Source of the DNA: Pseudobutyrivibrio ruminis HUN009
Lineage (GTDB): Bacteria; Bacillota; Clostridia; Lachnospirales; Lachnospiraceae
Length of the DNA stretch: 64,000 nt
NCBI RefSeq assembly: GCF_000703005.1
Contig: NZ_JNLH01000001.1
Span: forward strand, 2,255,542 to 2,319,541
Direction of reading: 5' to 3'
A model generated the notes under the pieces. It saw only the letters and a list, made by a program, of their open reading frames with translations, was not told the DNA's origin and did not search any database. A program made the position numbers and the translations under genes. Shown piece by piece: positions 50,251 to 60,072 of this stretch (within the stretch, counting starts at the first letter, position 1; each line of letters begins with the position of its first letter).

Positions 50251-51047
50251 TATTTGTCTAAGCTACCATGTGCAGCTGCTACTGTTGCAGCAACATCAAT
50301 AGCATCCCCCTGTTTTTCCTGTGTTGATATATGAATGAGGTATTCTATGTTTCCTTCTGGTCCCTTGATTGGGGAATATTCCAAATGAAGAACATAAAAA
50401 CCAATTTCTTTTACAAAATCAATAATTGTATTAATAACTTCTTCGTGAACAGCTGGATCACGGACAACGCCCTTCTTTCCAACCTTTTCACGTCCAGCTT
50501 CAAACTGTGGCTTGATGAGGCAAACCATTTCTGCATCATCCTTAAGAAGTGCCTTTGCTGGGCCAAGTACCTTTGTAAGACTGATAAATGATACATCAAC
50601 TGAAGCGAAATCAAGCTGCTCGCCGATGTCCTCTACAGTGACATATCTGATGTTTGTCTTTTCCATGCAAACAACTCTAGGATCCTGACGAAGCTTCCAA
50701 GCGAACTGTCCATATCCAACATCTACAGAGAATACCTTTGTAGCTCCATTTTGAAGCATGCAATCAGTAAATCCACCAGTGGATGCGCCGATATCCATAC
50801 AAACCTTTCCATCTAAGGAAATATCAAAGTGAGTCATAGCCTTTTCAAGTTTGAGACCTCCACGGCTAACGTATTTCAGCTGCTGTCCGTGGATTTCGAT
50901 ATCTGCATCTACATCTATTTTAGTGCCTGCTTTATCCTCTCTGTTTCCTTTAACGAAAACATTACCTTCCATAATCATGGTTTTGGCTTTTTCACGAGAA
51001 GGAGCAAACCCTCTATCTACTAATACTATATCAAGTCTTTCTTTCAT
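50250..51047 (-). CDS. tlyA: TlyA-family rRNA 2'-O-methyltransferase (S4 + FtsJ-like domains)
   Basis: MKERLDIVLVDRGFAPSREKAKTMI S4-like N-terminus and FtsJ-type methyltransferase core (VCMDIGASTGGFTDCML). Confidence 0.85.
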   Translation of the reverse strand: MKERLDIVLVDRGFAPSREKAKTMIMEGNVFVKGNREDKAGTKIDVDADIEIHGQQLKYVSRGGLKLEKAMTHFDISLDGKVCMDIGASTGGFTDCMLQNGATKVFSVDVGYGQFAWKLRQDPRVVCMEKTNIRYVTVEDIGEQLDFASVDVSFISLTKVLGPAKALLKDDAEMVCLIKPQFEAGREKVGKKGVVRDPAVHEEVINTIIDFVKEIGFYVLHLEYSPIKGPEGNIEYLIHISTQEKQGDAIDVAATVAAAHGSLDK

Positions 51048-51051
51048 ATTA

Positions 51052-52908
51052 CTATCCTAATTTTTCTAAAATACGATTTGTAATGGACTCAGCATCCATG
51101 CCAAGCTCCTTAAACAAAAGTGTAACACTGCCATGTCTAACAAACTCATCTGGAACAGCAATCTTAAGAACCTGACCATTATAGCCATTATCATCAAGAT
51201 AAGCCTGAACCTGCTGACCGAATCCGCCAGTGATAACGTTTTCTTCCAATGTAACAATTAAATCGTATTCGTTTTTGATTTTATCAAGATAAGCCTGGTC
51301 AAGTGGCTTTGCAAATCTGGCATTGCAGATACCAGCATCGATTCCCTGGGCCTTTAGAAGCTCTTCCACTTCCTCTGCCTTTTTCACCATGGAACCAAGC
51401 GCAAAAAGCATTACCTTTGAACCTGCTTTTATCTCCTCGGATTTACCAAGGACGATTTCAGCTCTGTGCTCCTTTAATCCGCAGTATGCTTCACCTCTAG
51501 GATATCTAATGGCGATTGGGCCATCGTAAGCCACTGCAAATTTCATCATATCTGAAAGCTCCCATTTGTTCTTTGGAGCCATCACTGTCATATTGGGCAT
51601 AGCTGTAAGGAATGAAACATCAAATATACCCTGATGTGTGCTACCGTCTGCACCAACAAGACCTGCTCTATCAATTGCAAAAATCACATGAAGATTTTGC
51701 AAGCAAACATCCTCAAGGATTTGATCATATGCACGCTGTAAGAATGATGAATATACAGCAAATACAGGAATGCGACCGCCAAGTGCTAAGCCAGCCGCAA
51801 ATGTAACCGCATGCTCTTCTGCAATTCCCACATCGAAGAATCGGTCTGGGAACATATTTCTGAAACGCTTTAATCCAGCGCCCTCAGCCATAGCTGCTGT
51901 AATAGCTACAACCTCTGGGTTGCGATCTCCCATCTTACGCATTACAGTGGAGAATACATCTGTGTAACCAGGATTTGGATTGCGTTTTGGAAGTCCTGTC
52001 TCGATTTCGAAAATATCGGTACCATGGAATCTGGATGGATGACGCTCCGCAGGCTCATAACCATTACCCTTTTTAGTAATAACGTGAACAAGCACTGGGC
52101 CGTTGATACCCATAGCCATATTGAATGTCTCCATCATCGCCTTAATATCGTGGCCATCAACTGGGCCAAGATACATGATTCCTAAATCCTCAAAAACCAT
52201 GTTAGGAACCATCAAAGACTTGATACCATTTTTTGTGCTACGAATCTTTCTGATGATGCGCTCACCATTTGGCCAACTTTCCAAAGATGAAAGTACGTTA
52301 TTTTTAAGGCCTACGTATTTTGAGCTAGTACGAAGACGCTCAAGATTTGTAGACATACCACCTACATTTTTAGAGATGGACATTTCATTATCATTAAGAA
52401 CGATAAGGAAGTTGGACTTCTTTAAACGAGAAGCATTATTCAAAGCTTCGTAAGCAAGTCCACCAGTAAGAGCTCCATCACCAATAACGGCGCAAACTTT
52501 ATAGTCATCACCTGCCAAATCCCTTGCCATGCAATAACCTAAAGCTGCAGAAAGAGATGTGGAACTGTGACCTGTATCAAAACTGTCGCAAGGGCTCTCA
52601 ACTCTTTTAGGGAATCCACTGATTCCGCCGTACTGACGGAGATGATCAAATTCATTTGCTCTGCCAGTAAGAATTTTGTGGGTGTATGCCTGATGACCTA
52701 CATCCCAAACAAGCTTATCCTTTGGGAAATCAAGAAGCATATGAAGAGCAATTGTGAGTTCTACAGTTCCAAGATTGGAAGCCAAATGACCACCAGTCTT
52801 TGAAAGATGCTCAATAAGAAAGCTTCTGATTTCAGCTGGAAGTGCCTGTATTTCTTCCTCTGTTAAATTCTTTATATCATTAGGTTGCTTTATTTTTTCA
52901 AGAACCAT
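51052..52908 (-). CDS. dxs: 1-deoxy-D-xylulose-5-phosphate synthase
   Basis: GHSSTSLSAALG and GDGALTGGLAYEALN TPP-binding motifs, 618 aa. Confidence 0.9.
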   Translation of the reverse strand: MVLEKIKQPNDIKNLTEEEIQALPAEIRSFLIEHLSKTGGHLASNLGTVELTIALHMLLDFPKDKLVWDVGHQAYTHKILTGRANEFDHLRQYGGISGFPKRVESPCDSFDTGHSSTSLSAALGYCMARDLAGDDYKVCAVIGDGALTGGLAYEALNNASRLKKSNFLIVLNDNEMSISKNVGGMSTNLERLRTSSKYVGLKNNVLSSLESWPNGERIIRKIRSTKNGIKSLMVPNMVFEDLGIMYLGPVDGHDIKAMMETFNMAMGINGPVLVHVITKKGNGYEPAERHPSRFHGTDIFEIETGLPKRNPNPGYTDVFSTVMRKMGDRNPEVVAITAAMAEGAGLKRFRNMFPDRFFDVGIAEEHAVTFAAGLALGGRIPVFAVYSSFLQRAYDQILEDVCLQNLHVIFAIDRAGLVGADGSTHQGIFDVSFLTAMPNMTVMAPKNKWELSDMMKFAVAYDGPIAIRYPRGEAYCGLKEHRAEIVLGKSEEIKAGSKVMLFALGSMVKKAEEVEELLKAQGIDAGICNARFAKPLDQAYLDKIKNEYDLIVTLEENVITGGFGQQVQAYLDDNGYNGQVLKIAVPDEFVRHGSVTLLFKELGMDAESITNRILEKLG

Positions 52909-52916
52909 AATCTATC

Positions 52917-53807
52917 TTAATTGTCTCTGTAGACAAGGTATTTAAGTAGCTCATTTAAAAACTCGTTGTGATTGTCTAAGCTATTAAGTTCCTCAACCGC
53001 CTCATCTGTAAGACGCTTTACCTCTTCCTTGGATTTTTCTATACCTGCAAATGTAACGTAAGTACATTTTTCATTTTTCTCATCTGAACCAATTGGCTTA
53101 CCAAGCTTTGCTTCATCTCCTTCGATATCAAGGATATCGTCCTGAATTTGGAAAGCCATGCCGATTTTACCGGCAACTCGTTCAACAAGAGAAACCTGAT
53201 CCTCGCTGGCCCCTGCTAAAACAGCACCTATCATCATAGATGCCTCAATCAAAGCACCAGTCTTAAGCTCGTAGATGAAATGAAGCCTGTCTTCTGTCAT
53301 TTCCAATTGCTTCTTTTCTGCTTCTACATCTACAACCTGGCCACCTATCATACCAAATACGCCGGCTTTTCTGGCCAGAATACGCATTGCCTCAGTAACT
53401 CTAACTACGTCTACATCTGCATCATAAGCATTTAATGCAGTCTCGAAAGCATAGTTTAAAAGAGCATCTCCTGCAAGTATGCCCATTGCCTCACCGTATG
53501 CCACATGCACCGTAGGCTTTCCACGACGAAGCTCATCATTATCCATAGCTGGTAAGTCATCGTGAATCAACGAATATGTATGAATCATTTCAATGGCAGC
53601 CATAAATGGCTCGATAACATCGCCACTACCACCGAAAAGCTGAAATGTCTCGTTCATAAGGATTGGACGCAGACGTTTACCACCTGCTGTTACCCCATAT
53701 TCCATGGCATCAAATATAATGCCCTGTAAACCCTCTACATCTGGCAAAAATCTGCACACAACATCCTGTGCTGATTCTGCCCTAACACTAAGTTCGTTTT
53801 TAATGTC
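52917..53807 (-). CDS. ispA: polyprenyl (farnesyl/geranyl diphosphate) synthase
   Basis: First DDxxD motif LIHDDLPAMDNDELRRG and second IQDDILD. Start at MDIKNEL, so it overlaps xseB in the conserved order. Confidence 0.8.
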   Translation of the reverse strand, partial: DIKNELSVRAESAQDVVCRFLPDVEGLQGIIFDAMEYGVTAGGKRLRPILMNETFQLFGGSGDVIEPFMAAIEMIHTYSLIHDDLPAMDNDELRRGKPTVHVAYGEAMGILAGDALLNYAFETALNAYDADVDVVRVTEAMRILARKAGVFGMIGGQVVDVEAEKKQLEMTEDRLHFIYELKTGALIEASMMIGAVLAGASEDQVSLVERVAGKIGMAFQIQDDILDIEGDEAKLGKPIGSDEKNEKCTYVTFAGIEKSKEEVKRLTDEAVEELNSLDNHNEFLNELLKYLVYRDN

Positions 53808-53811
53808 CATT

Positions 53812-54042
53812 TTACTCAACCCCCTCAAACACCTCAAGACCGCCATCTTTGCTGATTGCCATGACAGCTTTCTTTGTCTGTTCTATTTTAGAATTAGCTT
53901 TTTGAAGCTCTTCCATTCCACTTTTATACAAAGCAAAGGATTCATCCAAAGTAACATCTGCTGATTCCATCTTTGTGATAATCTCATCGAGAGCCTGAAA
54001 GCTTTCTTCGATTGTTGTCTCTTTTATTTCTTTTTCTGCCAT
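53812..54042 (-). CDS. xseB: exodeoxyribonuclease VII small subunit
   Basis: 76-aa helical protein with FEESLQ-type motif (SFQALDEIITKMES); immediately downstream of xseA. Confidence 0.85.
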   Translation of the reverse strand: MAEKEIKETTIEESFQALDEIITKMESADVTLDESFALYKSGMEELQKANSKIEQTKKAVMAISKDGGLEVFEGVE

Positions 54043-54050
54043 ACGTGCTC

Positions 54051-55259
54051 CTATTTATCCTTGGAAATGCTGGTGATTTGACTCTCCAGCATACCATCCT
54101 TTACTCTGATACTAAGGCTATCTCCAATGGAAAGATTTGATACGCTATCAACCTTTTTTCCATCTGGGCCTGTCACATAACCAAAACCGGAAGCCAATCG
54201 CTTGGTTGGAGAAAGACCATCCAATCTACCTGAAGCTGCTATCAAACGGCTTTCGTAGCGTTCTATTTTTGCATTCATCAGACTATTAAGCCTATCGTAC
54301 AAGTGGTTAAGCTTGTCCTGATTTGCCTTGATTTTGTTCTCTGGCCTGAGAGATTGTAATCGTAATTTGTAATTCTCAAGCTGAGCTGTGATGGATGAAA
54401 GCTTAAAATCCAATGTGCTGTTAAGTCTGTCAGAATACCTTTCGCAAGTCCTTGCAAAATCCTCGTAAACAAAATTTGCAAGCTCTGCAGCCTGAGAAGG
54501 CGTTGCTGCTCTTTTATCTGCAACAAAGTCTGCAATAGTAAAATCCGTTTCGTGGCCAACGGCAGATATGATTGGTGTGTTGGCTTTGAAAATAGCTCGT
54601 GCTACCGGCTCCTCATTGAAGGCCCAAAGGTCTTCGATGGAACCACCACCACGACCTAGGATGATAACATCCAGATTCATCTCATCCAGACAATTGATTC
54701 CAGAGATGATGGAAGGCACTGCCCCCTCACCCTGAACCTGTGCTGGATAAAGAATCAATTCTACAAAAGGATTTCGTGTCTTTGATACACGGATGATATC
54801 GTGAACAGCCGCTCCTGTAGGAGCTGTGATGATACCGATTCTCATGGCATGACTTGGAATAGGCTTTTTGTACATAGCATCAAACATTCCGCTTTCCTCA
54901 AGCTCCTGCTTTAATGCTTCGAAACGCTGATATAAATCGCCAACTCCCGCCAGCTCTATCTCGTTTGCATACACTTGATATCTGCCAGCCGCTGCGTAGA
55001 TTCCAACATATCCGGTAACCACTATTTGGTCGCCATCCTTCATGTTGAACTTCAGCCCCTTTGCTCGCTTGCCAGCAAACATTACACATGAAATAGATGA
55101 TTTATCATCCTTCAAAGTAAAATATATGTGTCCTGTATGATTGTATTTGCAATTAGAAACCTCCCCTGATAAGGAAAGGTTTCCAAGCATAAAATCATCA
55201 GAAAACATACGCTCAATATATGTATTTATCTGAGATACACTATATACATTTTTATTCAT
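54051..55259 (-). CDS. xseA: exodeoxyribonuclease VII large subunit
   Basis: N-terminal OB-fold (VSGEVSNCKYNHTGHIYFTLKD), catalytic core (IGIITAPTGAAVHDI, RGGGSIEDLWAFNEE), 402 aa. Confidence 0.9.
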   Translation of the reverse strand: MNKNVYSVSQINTYIERMFSDDFMLGNLSLSGEVSNCKYNHTGHIYFTLKDDKSSISCVMFAGKRAKGLKFNMKDGDQIVVTGYVGIYAAAGRYQVYANEIELAGVGDLYQRFEALKQELEESGMFDAMYKKPIPSHAMRIGIITAPTGAAVHDIIRVSKTRNPFVELILYPAQVQGEGAVPSIISGINCLDEMNLDVIILGRGGGSIEDLWAFNEEPVARAIFKANTPIISAVGHETDFTIADFVADKRAATPSQAAELANFVYEDFARTCERYSDRLNSTLDFKLSSITAQLENYKLRLQSLRPENKIKANQDKLNHLYDRLNSLMNAKIERYESRLIAASGRLDGLSPTKRLASGFGYVTGPDGKKVDSVSNLSIGDSLSIRVKDGMLESQITSISKDK

Positions 55260-55681
55260 TATACTAATTTAGCAAGTGCTCCATTAACGAATCCTGCAGA
55301 AGAATCCGTACCGAATTCATCAGCAAGTGAAACTGCCTCATTGATAGCAACACCAACAGGAAGATTCTCGAATTTGATTTCGTATAAAGCAAGTCTGATA
55401 AGTGTTAAATCAACCTTTGCCATACGTGATGTCTTCCAGCCGTCAACTGACTTGTTGATGAGCTCGTCGATTTCTGGAATCTTAGCAATGATATCCTCAG
55501 ACTTTGTCTTGATGTATTCCTCATCCTCAGCTGTCTTGTTGTTTTTAGCAAGATCCTCTGCCTCTGCATTGTCACGGCCGCCAAGGAATGTGCTGATTAC
55601 GCTATCCATTTCCTCTGTATCATGAAACTCATTCATAAATACAGCCTTAAAAACTTCTTTTCTAATTTCATGTCTATTCAT
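55259..55681 (-). CDS. nusB: transcription antitermination factor NusB
   Basis: 140-aa helical protein, RxxRxxxxQ-like N-terminus (MNRHEIRKEVFKAVF), in the conserved position upstream of xseA. Confidence 0.85.
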   Translation of the reverse strand: MNRHEIRKEVFKAVFMNEFHDTEEMDSVISTFLGGRDNAEAEDLAKNNKTAEDEEYIKTKSEDIIAKIPEIDELINKSVDGWKTSRMAKVDLTLIRLALYEIKFENLPVGVAINEAVSLADEFGTDSSAGFVNGALAKLV

Positions 55682-55788
55682 AAATACAAACTCCTGAAAA
55701 TCTAATAGTTTAGACTAATATAGGGTGCTACTTAAAATAGCACCCCATAATTATACATTAATATGCATAAAAAATAAATAAATCCTAA

Positions 55789-56166
55789 TTAATTGTTTGC
55801 TGCAACGCTAACAGTTGCGATACGAATATCTACAGCTGTAACCTCAAGACCTGTCATAGTCTCAACTGCTGACTTAACCTTTTCCTGAACCATGCCTGAA
55901 ACCTTTGGGATTTCGTAGCCATACTTCATATTGATAGCCATGTGTACTGAGATTTTGCCTGGCTCGCTGTCTACTACTCTGATAGCCTTTGCAAGCTTTC
56001 CCTGACCTGCCTTTGAAATAGTTTCAGCTGTAAGGTTGCCTGCAAGTGACTCAACGCCATCAACCTCAACTGCACCAAGGCCAGCGATAATACCAACAAC
56101 CTCTTCAGAGATGTTTACACCGCCATCGCCATTAATATTTATAACAAAATTCTTGTTCTCTGCCAT
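55789..56166 (-). CDS. Asp23/Gls24-family alkaline shock protein
   Basis: EEVVGIIAGLGAVEVDGVESLAGNL matches the Asp23 family core; 125 aa. Confidence 0.8.
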   Translation of the reverse strand: MAENKNFVININGDGGVNISEEVVGIIAGLGAVEVDGVESLAGNLTAETISKAGQGKLAKAIRVVDSEPGKISVHMAINMKYGYEIPKVSGMVQEKVKSAVETMTGLEVTAVDIRIATVSVAANN

Positions 56167-56207
56167 ATCTGCCTCCTAAAAATCATAGAAAAACTATCGT
56201 AATTATA

Positions 56208-56927
56208 TCAATAACCTACATTATTTACAACCCCGACAGACACATAGTTATTAAGGATTGCATCAAAGTCAGTGCCCTCCTCTGCAACCGGTGTATAGCA
56301 GCCATTTACCATGTATCTGACGCCGCCATCATCAAGGTTTTCCACCACATCATAGGAGTCTTTATAAAACATTCCTCGGGAAACTTTTCTGTCGTATAAA
56401 ATACCCCCACAATCTGATAATTCGCATCCTGGGAAGTTGACATTATGAATCATTCCTGGAGCAAGTGGCTCCGCCAAAAGCTTCTTTAAAACCTGCTTTA
56501 TATATTTGTCAGTTACCTGATGGCAATCACAAGCTCCTTCCGAAAGAGCTATTGCGTGATACCCTTGGAAGGCTCCCTCAAAGGCTGCTCCGCAGGTAGC
56601 TGAATACTGAATATCCGAAGCACAATTGTATCCAAAATTAATTCCTGAAAGAATCACATCGGGGCGCTCAGGCATAACGCTCAATCCGCCAACTCTAACG
56701 CAATCTCCTGGTGTTCCACTGCAAGAATATGCAAAAACACCCTCTACAGGAAATTCCTCACATGGGTAAACATCAATGGAATTATGAAGGGAAATGCTGT
56801 GGCTTGCTGCACTTCTTTGGCTTTCAGGTGCAACCACCCAAACCTCACCAAACTCCTTAGCTGCTCTGGCCAAACGAATAATTCCATCTGAATTTATACC
56901 GTCGTCATTTGTAATTAATATTCTCAT
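56208..56927 (-). CDS. surE: 5'/3'-nucleotidase SurE
   Basis: MRILITNDDGINSDGI N-terminal signature, 239 aa. Confidence 0.85.
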   Translation of the reverse strand: MRILITNDDGINSDGIIRLARAAKEFGEVWVVAPESQRSAASHSISLHNSIDVYPCEEFPVEGVFAYSCSGTPGDCVRVGGLSVMPERPDVILSGINFGYNCASDIQYSATCGAAFEGAFQGYHAIALSEGACDCHQVTDKYIKQVLKKLLAEPLAPGMIHNVNFPGCELSDCGGILYDRKVSRGMFYKDSYDVVENLDDGGVRYMVNGCYTPVAEEGTDFDAILNNYVSVGVVNNVGY

Positions 56928-56990
56928 AAAAATCTCCCAGAAATAAAATAAAGACAGACTATCTGTCTGCCTTTAAATTTATCATATTTA

Positions 56991-57485
56991 TTATCTGTTA
57001 TCTACTTTTTCTGGATACATATCATGATTGAAAAGTCTGTCCTCTGCAACCTTTTCCCACTTAGTTCCTGGCTTACCGTAGTTGCAATATGGGTCGATAG
57101 AGATTCCTCCTCTTGGAGTGAACTTACCCCAAACTTCGATGTACTTAGGATCCATAAGCTTTATTAAATCCTTCATGATGATGTTTACGCAATCCTCATG
57201 GAAATCACCGTGATTTCTGAAGCTGAATAAGTAAAGCTTTAATGACTTGCTCTCTACCATCTTTTCACCTGGCACATAAGAGATGATGATGTTTGCAAAA
57301 TCTGGCTGGCCAGTGATTGGACAAAGTGATGTAAACTCTGGGCAGTTGAATTTTACAAAATAGTCATTCTCAGGATGCTTATTAATGAATGTCTGAAGCA
57401 TCTCTGGTGCGTAGTTGTCTGGGTATACGTTATTTTTATTTCCTAAAAGTGTAAGTGTTCCTTCTTCTTTTCTGCTATCTGTCAT
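56991..57485 (-). CDS. queF: NADPH-dependent 7-cyano-7-deazaguanine reductase (preQ0 reductase)
   Basis: E(S/L)K-S-LKLY motif ([16 protein letters not shown]) and [13 protein letters not shown]; 164 aa, unimodular QueF. Confidence 0.85.
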   Translation of the reverse strand: MTDSRKEEGTLTLLGNKNNVYPDNYAPEMLQTFINKHPENDYFVKFNCPEFTSLCPITGQPDFANIIISYVPGEKMVESKSLKLYLFSFRNHGDFHEDCVNIIMKDLIKLMDPKYIEVWGKFTPRGGISIDPYCNYGKPGTKWEKVAEDRLFNHDMYPEKVDNR

Positions 57486-57499
57486 AGTAGACCTCCTAA

Positions 57500-58186
57500 T
57501 TAATTCTCATACTCAATCGGATCTTTGATTCCATTTAATTCAAAGGCTGCAATTCTGTCGATACATGTACCGCATTTTCCGCATGCCTTGTCATGGCCTT
57601 CATAGCATGACCATGTGAGTTCATAAGGAACTCCAAGCTCCATGCCAACCTTTACAACACCAGCTTTATTCTTATTGATAAACGGTGCCTCGATTGAAAG
57701 CTGCTTTCCACTTCCTTCGTAGATTGCTGTGTTCATAGCGTTGTTGAAATCGCTTGAGCAATCCGGATATGCGTTACCAGCTGCATCATCAGCATGAGCA
57801 CCATAATAGATTTTCGAGCACCCCTTAGAAAGTGCAATTGCTGCAGCGCTAGAAAGGAACAATCCATTTCTGAAAGGCACATAGGTGCTTACTGGCTTGC
57901 CATCTGTCTTTTCAAGCTGTTTGTCATATGACTCCTCTGGGATTTCTCCGTCAGAATGCTGAAGCAATGTGCAATCGCTGAACTGGAACATTGTAGATAA
58001 ATCAAGTGTGATATGCTCCACTTTGTAGTATTCGCAAACATCATCCGCTGCTTTGATTTCCTTATCGTGACGCTGACCATAGAAAATAGAAAGTCCCACC
58101 ACGTTTTCATGTCCATATTCTTTTACTGCCAAGGCAAGACAAGTTGTGCTGTCCAAGCCTCCGCTAACAAGTACTAAAGCTTTCAT
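57500..58186 (-). CDS. queC: 7-cyano-7-deazaguanine synthase
   Basis: [19 protein letters not shown]-loop and C-terminal Cys cluster CGKCGTC. Confidence 0.9.
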   Translation of the reverse strand: MKALVLVSGGLDSTTCLALAVKEYGHENVVGLSIFYGQRHDKEIKAADDVCEYYKVEHITLDLSTMFQFSDCTLLQHSDGEIPEESYDKQLEKTDGKPVSTYVPFRNGLFLSSAAAIALSKGCSKIYYGAHADDAAGNAYPDCSSDFNNAMNTAIYEGSGKQLSIEAPFINKNKAGVVKVGMELGVPYELTWSCYEGHDKACGKCGTCIDRIAAFELNGIKDPIEYEN

Positions 58187-58197
58187 TTCAATTCTCC

Positions 58198-58770
58198 TTA
58201 TAATAATCTCTGAAGTAAATCTCTGTCAGTCTTGAAACGACCTCTTAATGTCTGTGTATGGGTCTTTGCACTGGCATTTTTAATTCCTCTGGCAGTCATG
58301 CAACTATGACTTGCCTCAATAAATACTGCTACATCCTCAGAGCCTGTAACCATCTGGATGATTTCTGCAATATCGTTGCCGATACGTTCCTGAAGCTGAA
58401 GACGCTTCGCAGCCATATCAGCAATACGTGCGATTTTTGAAAGACCGATGACCTTGCCCTTTGGAATGTAGGCAACGCTTACTTTCATATCGTACATAAG
58501 CGCAAGATGATGCTCGCAATATGAGAAAACTTCGATGTCCTTTACAAAAACAAGATCCTGATTTGTTTCATCGTAATAATCCTCATCAAAGGTCTTGTTG
58601 AACATCTCTGCAATCTGTTCATTTGTGTAATTCATGCCCTCAAAAACTTCTTCGTACATGCGAGCAACTCTATCAGGAGTCTCCTTAAGTCCTGCTCTTT
58701 CAGGGTCATCACCAAGGGCAATAATAATATTTCTAATGCTTTCTTTAATAAGCTCTTTATTTATAGCCAT
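58198..58770 (-). CDS. folE: GTP cyclohydrolase I
   Basis: CEHHLALM active-site motif, 190 aa; embedded within the que operon. Confidence 0.85.
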   Translation of the reverse strand: MAINKELIKESIRNIIIALGDDPERAGLKETPDRVARMYEEVFEGMNYTNEQIAEMFNKTFDEDYYDETNQDLVFVKDIEVFSYCEHHLALMYDMKVSVAYIPKGKVIGLSKIARIADMAAKRLQLQERIGNDIAEIIQMVTGSEDVAVFIEASHSCMTARGIKNASAKTHTQTLRGRFKTDRDLLQRLL

Positions 58771-58782
58771 GATTTACCTCTC

Positions 58783-59451
58783 TTAAACACCTCGTTTATT
58801 TGGATCCCAAATGAATTTGTGAAGTTGTAACTGCAATCTTATATCATTTCTTTTGTGGTCAATCAGATAATCAACCATGTCTGCTGGCTCAATTCGTCCA
58901 AACACAGGACTTATCAAGCAAGTACATTTATCGGAAATACGATAATCATCAACAATCTCACAAACCTTATCAAGTTCACTTACATCAGAACAAACAAACT
59001 TGACTGTGTCCTTTGCTGTAAGAACATCAAAGTTTGAAAGAAGCATTTTATCTTCCATTCCCGAACCTGCCAACTTGTAATCAAGAGTGAATGCTGGCGG
59101 ATTATCTATACAAGCAAATGGATGTATATCAACACTTCCATTTGTTTCTATCTCAACAAAAATATCAGGGTTGGCAGCAAAGGCCTTTAACAAATCAATA
59201 ACATGTGGCGAAAGAAGTGGCTCACCGCCTGTAAGAGTAACACGCTTCACTCCAGTAGAGATGACGTAGTCCACAATCTGTGTTTCTGTCATTTCCTCTG
59301 CAGGAGCATCTGCTGTACAAGCCCATCTGGTGTCACAATAGCTACAGCTAAGATTGCAGCCACGAAGCCTGATGAACACTGCAAGCTCACCGGCATGCTG
59401 ACCTTCACCGTTTATGCTTACGAATTTTTCTACTACATTAAATACCGACAT
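58783..59451 (-). CDS. queE: 7-carboxy-7-deazaguanine synthase (radical SAM)
   Basis: CNLSCSYCDT radical-SAM Cys motif and GGEPLL; 222 aa. Confidence 0.85.
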   Translation of the reverse strand: MSVFNVVEKFVSINGEGQHAGELAVFIRLRGCNLSCSYCDTRWACTADAPAEEMTETQIVDYVISTGVKRVTLTGGEPLLSPHVIDLLKAFAANPDIFVEIETNGSVDIHPFACIDNPPAFTLDYKLAGSGMEDKMLLSNFDVLTAKDTVKFVCSDVSELDKVCEIVDDYRISDKCTCLISPVFGRIEPADMVDYLIDHKRNDIRLQLQLHKFIWDPNKRGV

Positions 59452-59459
59452 AACTCCTC

Positions 59460-59879
59460 CTACTTGCTATAGCTTGCGCAGTTGTTTGGAGTTTCATATA
59501 CAGTCACTTCAGCAACCTCAAAGCCGTATTCCTCAAACTTCTCATAAAAATACTTTGAAAAGTTTTCTGCTGTAGGTCTGAAAGGAACCACTCTCATAAG
59601 GAAGTTTTCCTCATTGAGAGCTGCAACAGTTGTCTCCTTTAGTGATCCTTCTTCATATATAAATGTGTGATCAAAGAAATCTGTCTCTTTTTTGAGAGCA
59701 TTTTTTACATCACCAAAATCTACAACCATGCCGCGCTGCTGACCCTCAGCCTGAAGCTCGCTAGCCTTTATTTTTAGAATCACTCTCCAGCGATGACCAT
59801 GAAGATTAGAACACTTGCCTTCGTAGCCGGCCAAAAAATGAGCGCCGTCGAATGATGCTTCTGCAGTTAAATAATACAT
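59460..59879 (-). CDS. queD: 6-carboxy-5,6,7,8-tetrahydropterin synthase
   Basis: CSNLHGHRW zinc/catalytic motif. Start at MYYLTAEASFDGAH, preceded by a GGAGGAAATCA Shine-Dalgarno site. The ORF-track GTG-initiated extension (MGAHLQ...) runs through the leader terminator and is rejected. Confidence 0.85.
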   Translation of the reverse strand: MYYLTAEASFDGAHFLAGYEGKCSNLHGHRWRVILKIKASELQAEGQQRGMVVDFGDVKNALKKETDFFDHTFIYEEGSLKETTVAALNEENFLMRVVPFRPTAENFSKYFYEKFEEYGFEVAEVTVYETPNNCASYSK

Positions 59880-59912
59880 TGATTTCCTCCGGAAACAGGA
59901 CCTGATTTTCTC

Positions 59913-59947
59913 AAAAAGAAAAGGCTGTAGATGCGCACCCACAGCCT
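59913..59947 (-). terminator. intrinsic terminator in the queD leader (expression platform of the riboswitch)
   Basis: Minus-strand AGGCTGT-GGGTGCGCATCT-ACAGCCT 7-bp stem followed by TTTTCTTTTT, located about 30 nt upstream of the queD Shine-Dalgarno site. Confidence 0.7.
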
Positions 59948-59973
59948 AATTGATTTCATAAAGAAAAAATTAG

Positions 59974-60016
59974 TCCTGGTTTTGTTTAGGGACAGGATGG
60001 TACAAACGAACTGTCC
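59974..60016 (-). ncRNA. preQ1-I (class I) riboswitch aptamer candidate
   Basis: Minus-strand GGACAG-UUCGUUUGUACCAUC-CUGUCC hairpin followed immediately by the A-rich tail CUAAACAAAACCAGGA. This matches the preQ1-I organisation (P1 hairpin + AACAAAAC tail, compare Tte UUAACAAAACAAGG). The loop UUUGU can pair with tail ACAAA to form a pseudoknot. It sits upstream of the queDE-folE-queCF operon and ahead of a terminator. Confidence 0.6.
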
Positions 60017-60039
60017 TATTTAATTTTTAAAGCCTCTGT

Positions 60040-60068
60040 ATGATAAACCCATACTTGAAAAAATGCAA
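60040..60068 (-). promoter_or_regulatory. sigma-A-like promoter for the que operon leader (TTGCAT-17 nt-TATCAT)
   Basis: Minus-strand TTGCAT, a 17-nt spacer, then TATCAT, placed between the SDR stop and the riboswitch hairpin. Confidence 0.4.
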
Positions 60069-60072
60069 CCCT

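Noticed and set aside
59880-59942. GTG-initiated extension of queD (MGAHLQPFLFEKIRSCFRRKS)
   Set aside because: The extension is a read-through of the leader terminator stem and T-tract. The ATG at 59879 has a GGAGGA Shine-Dalgarno site and gives the expected QueD N-terminus.
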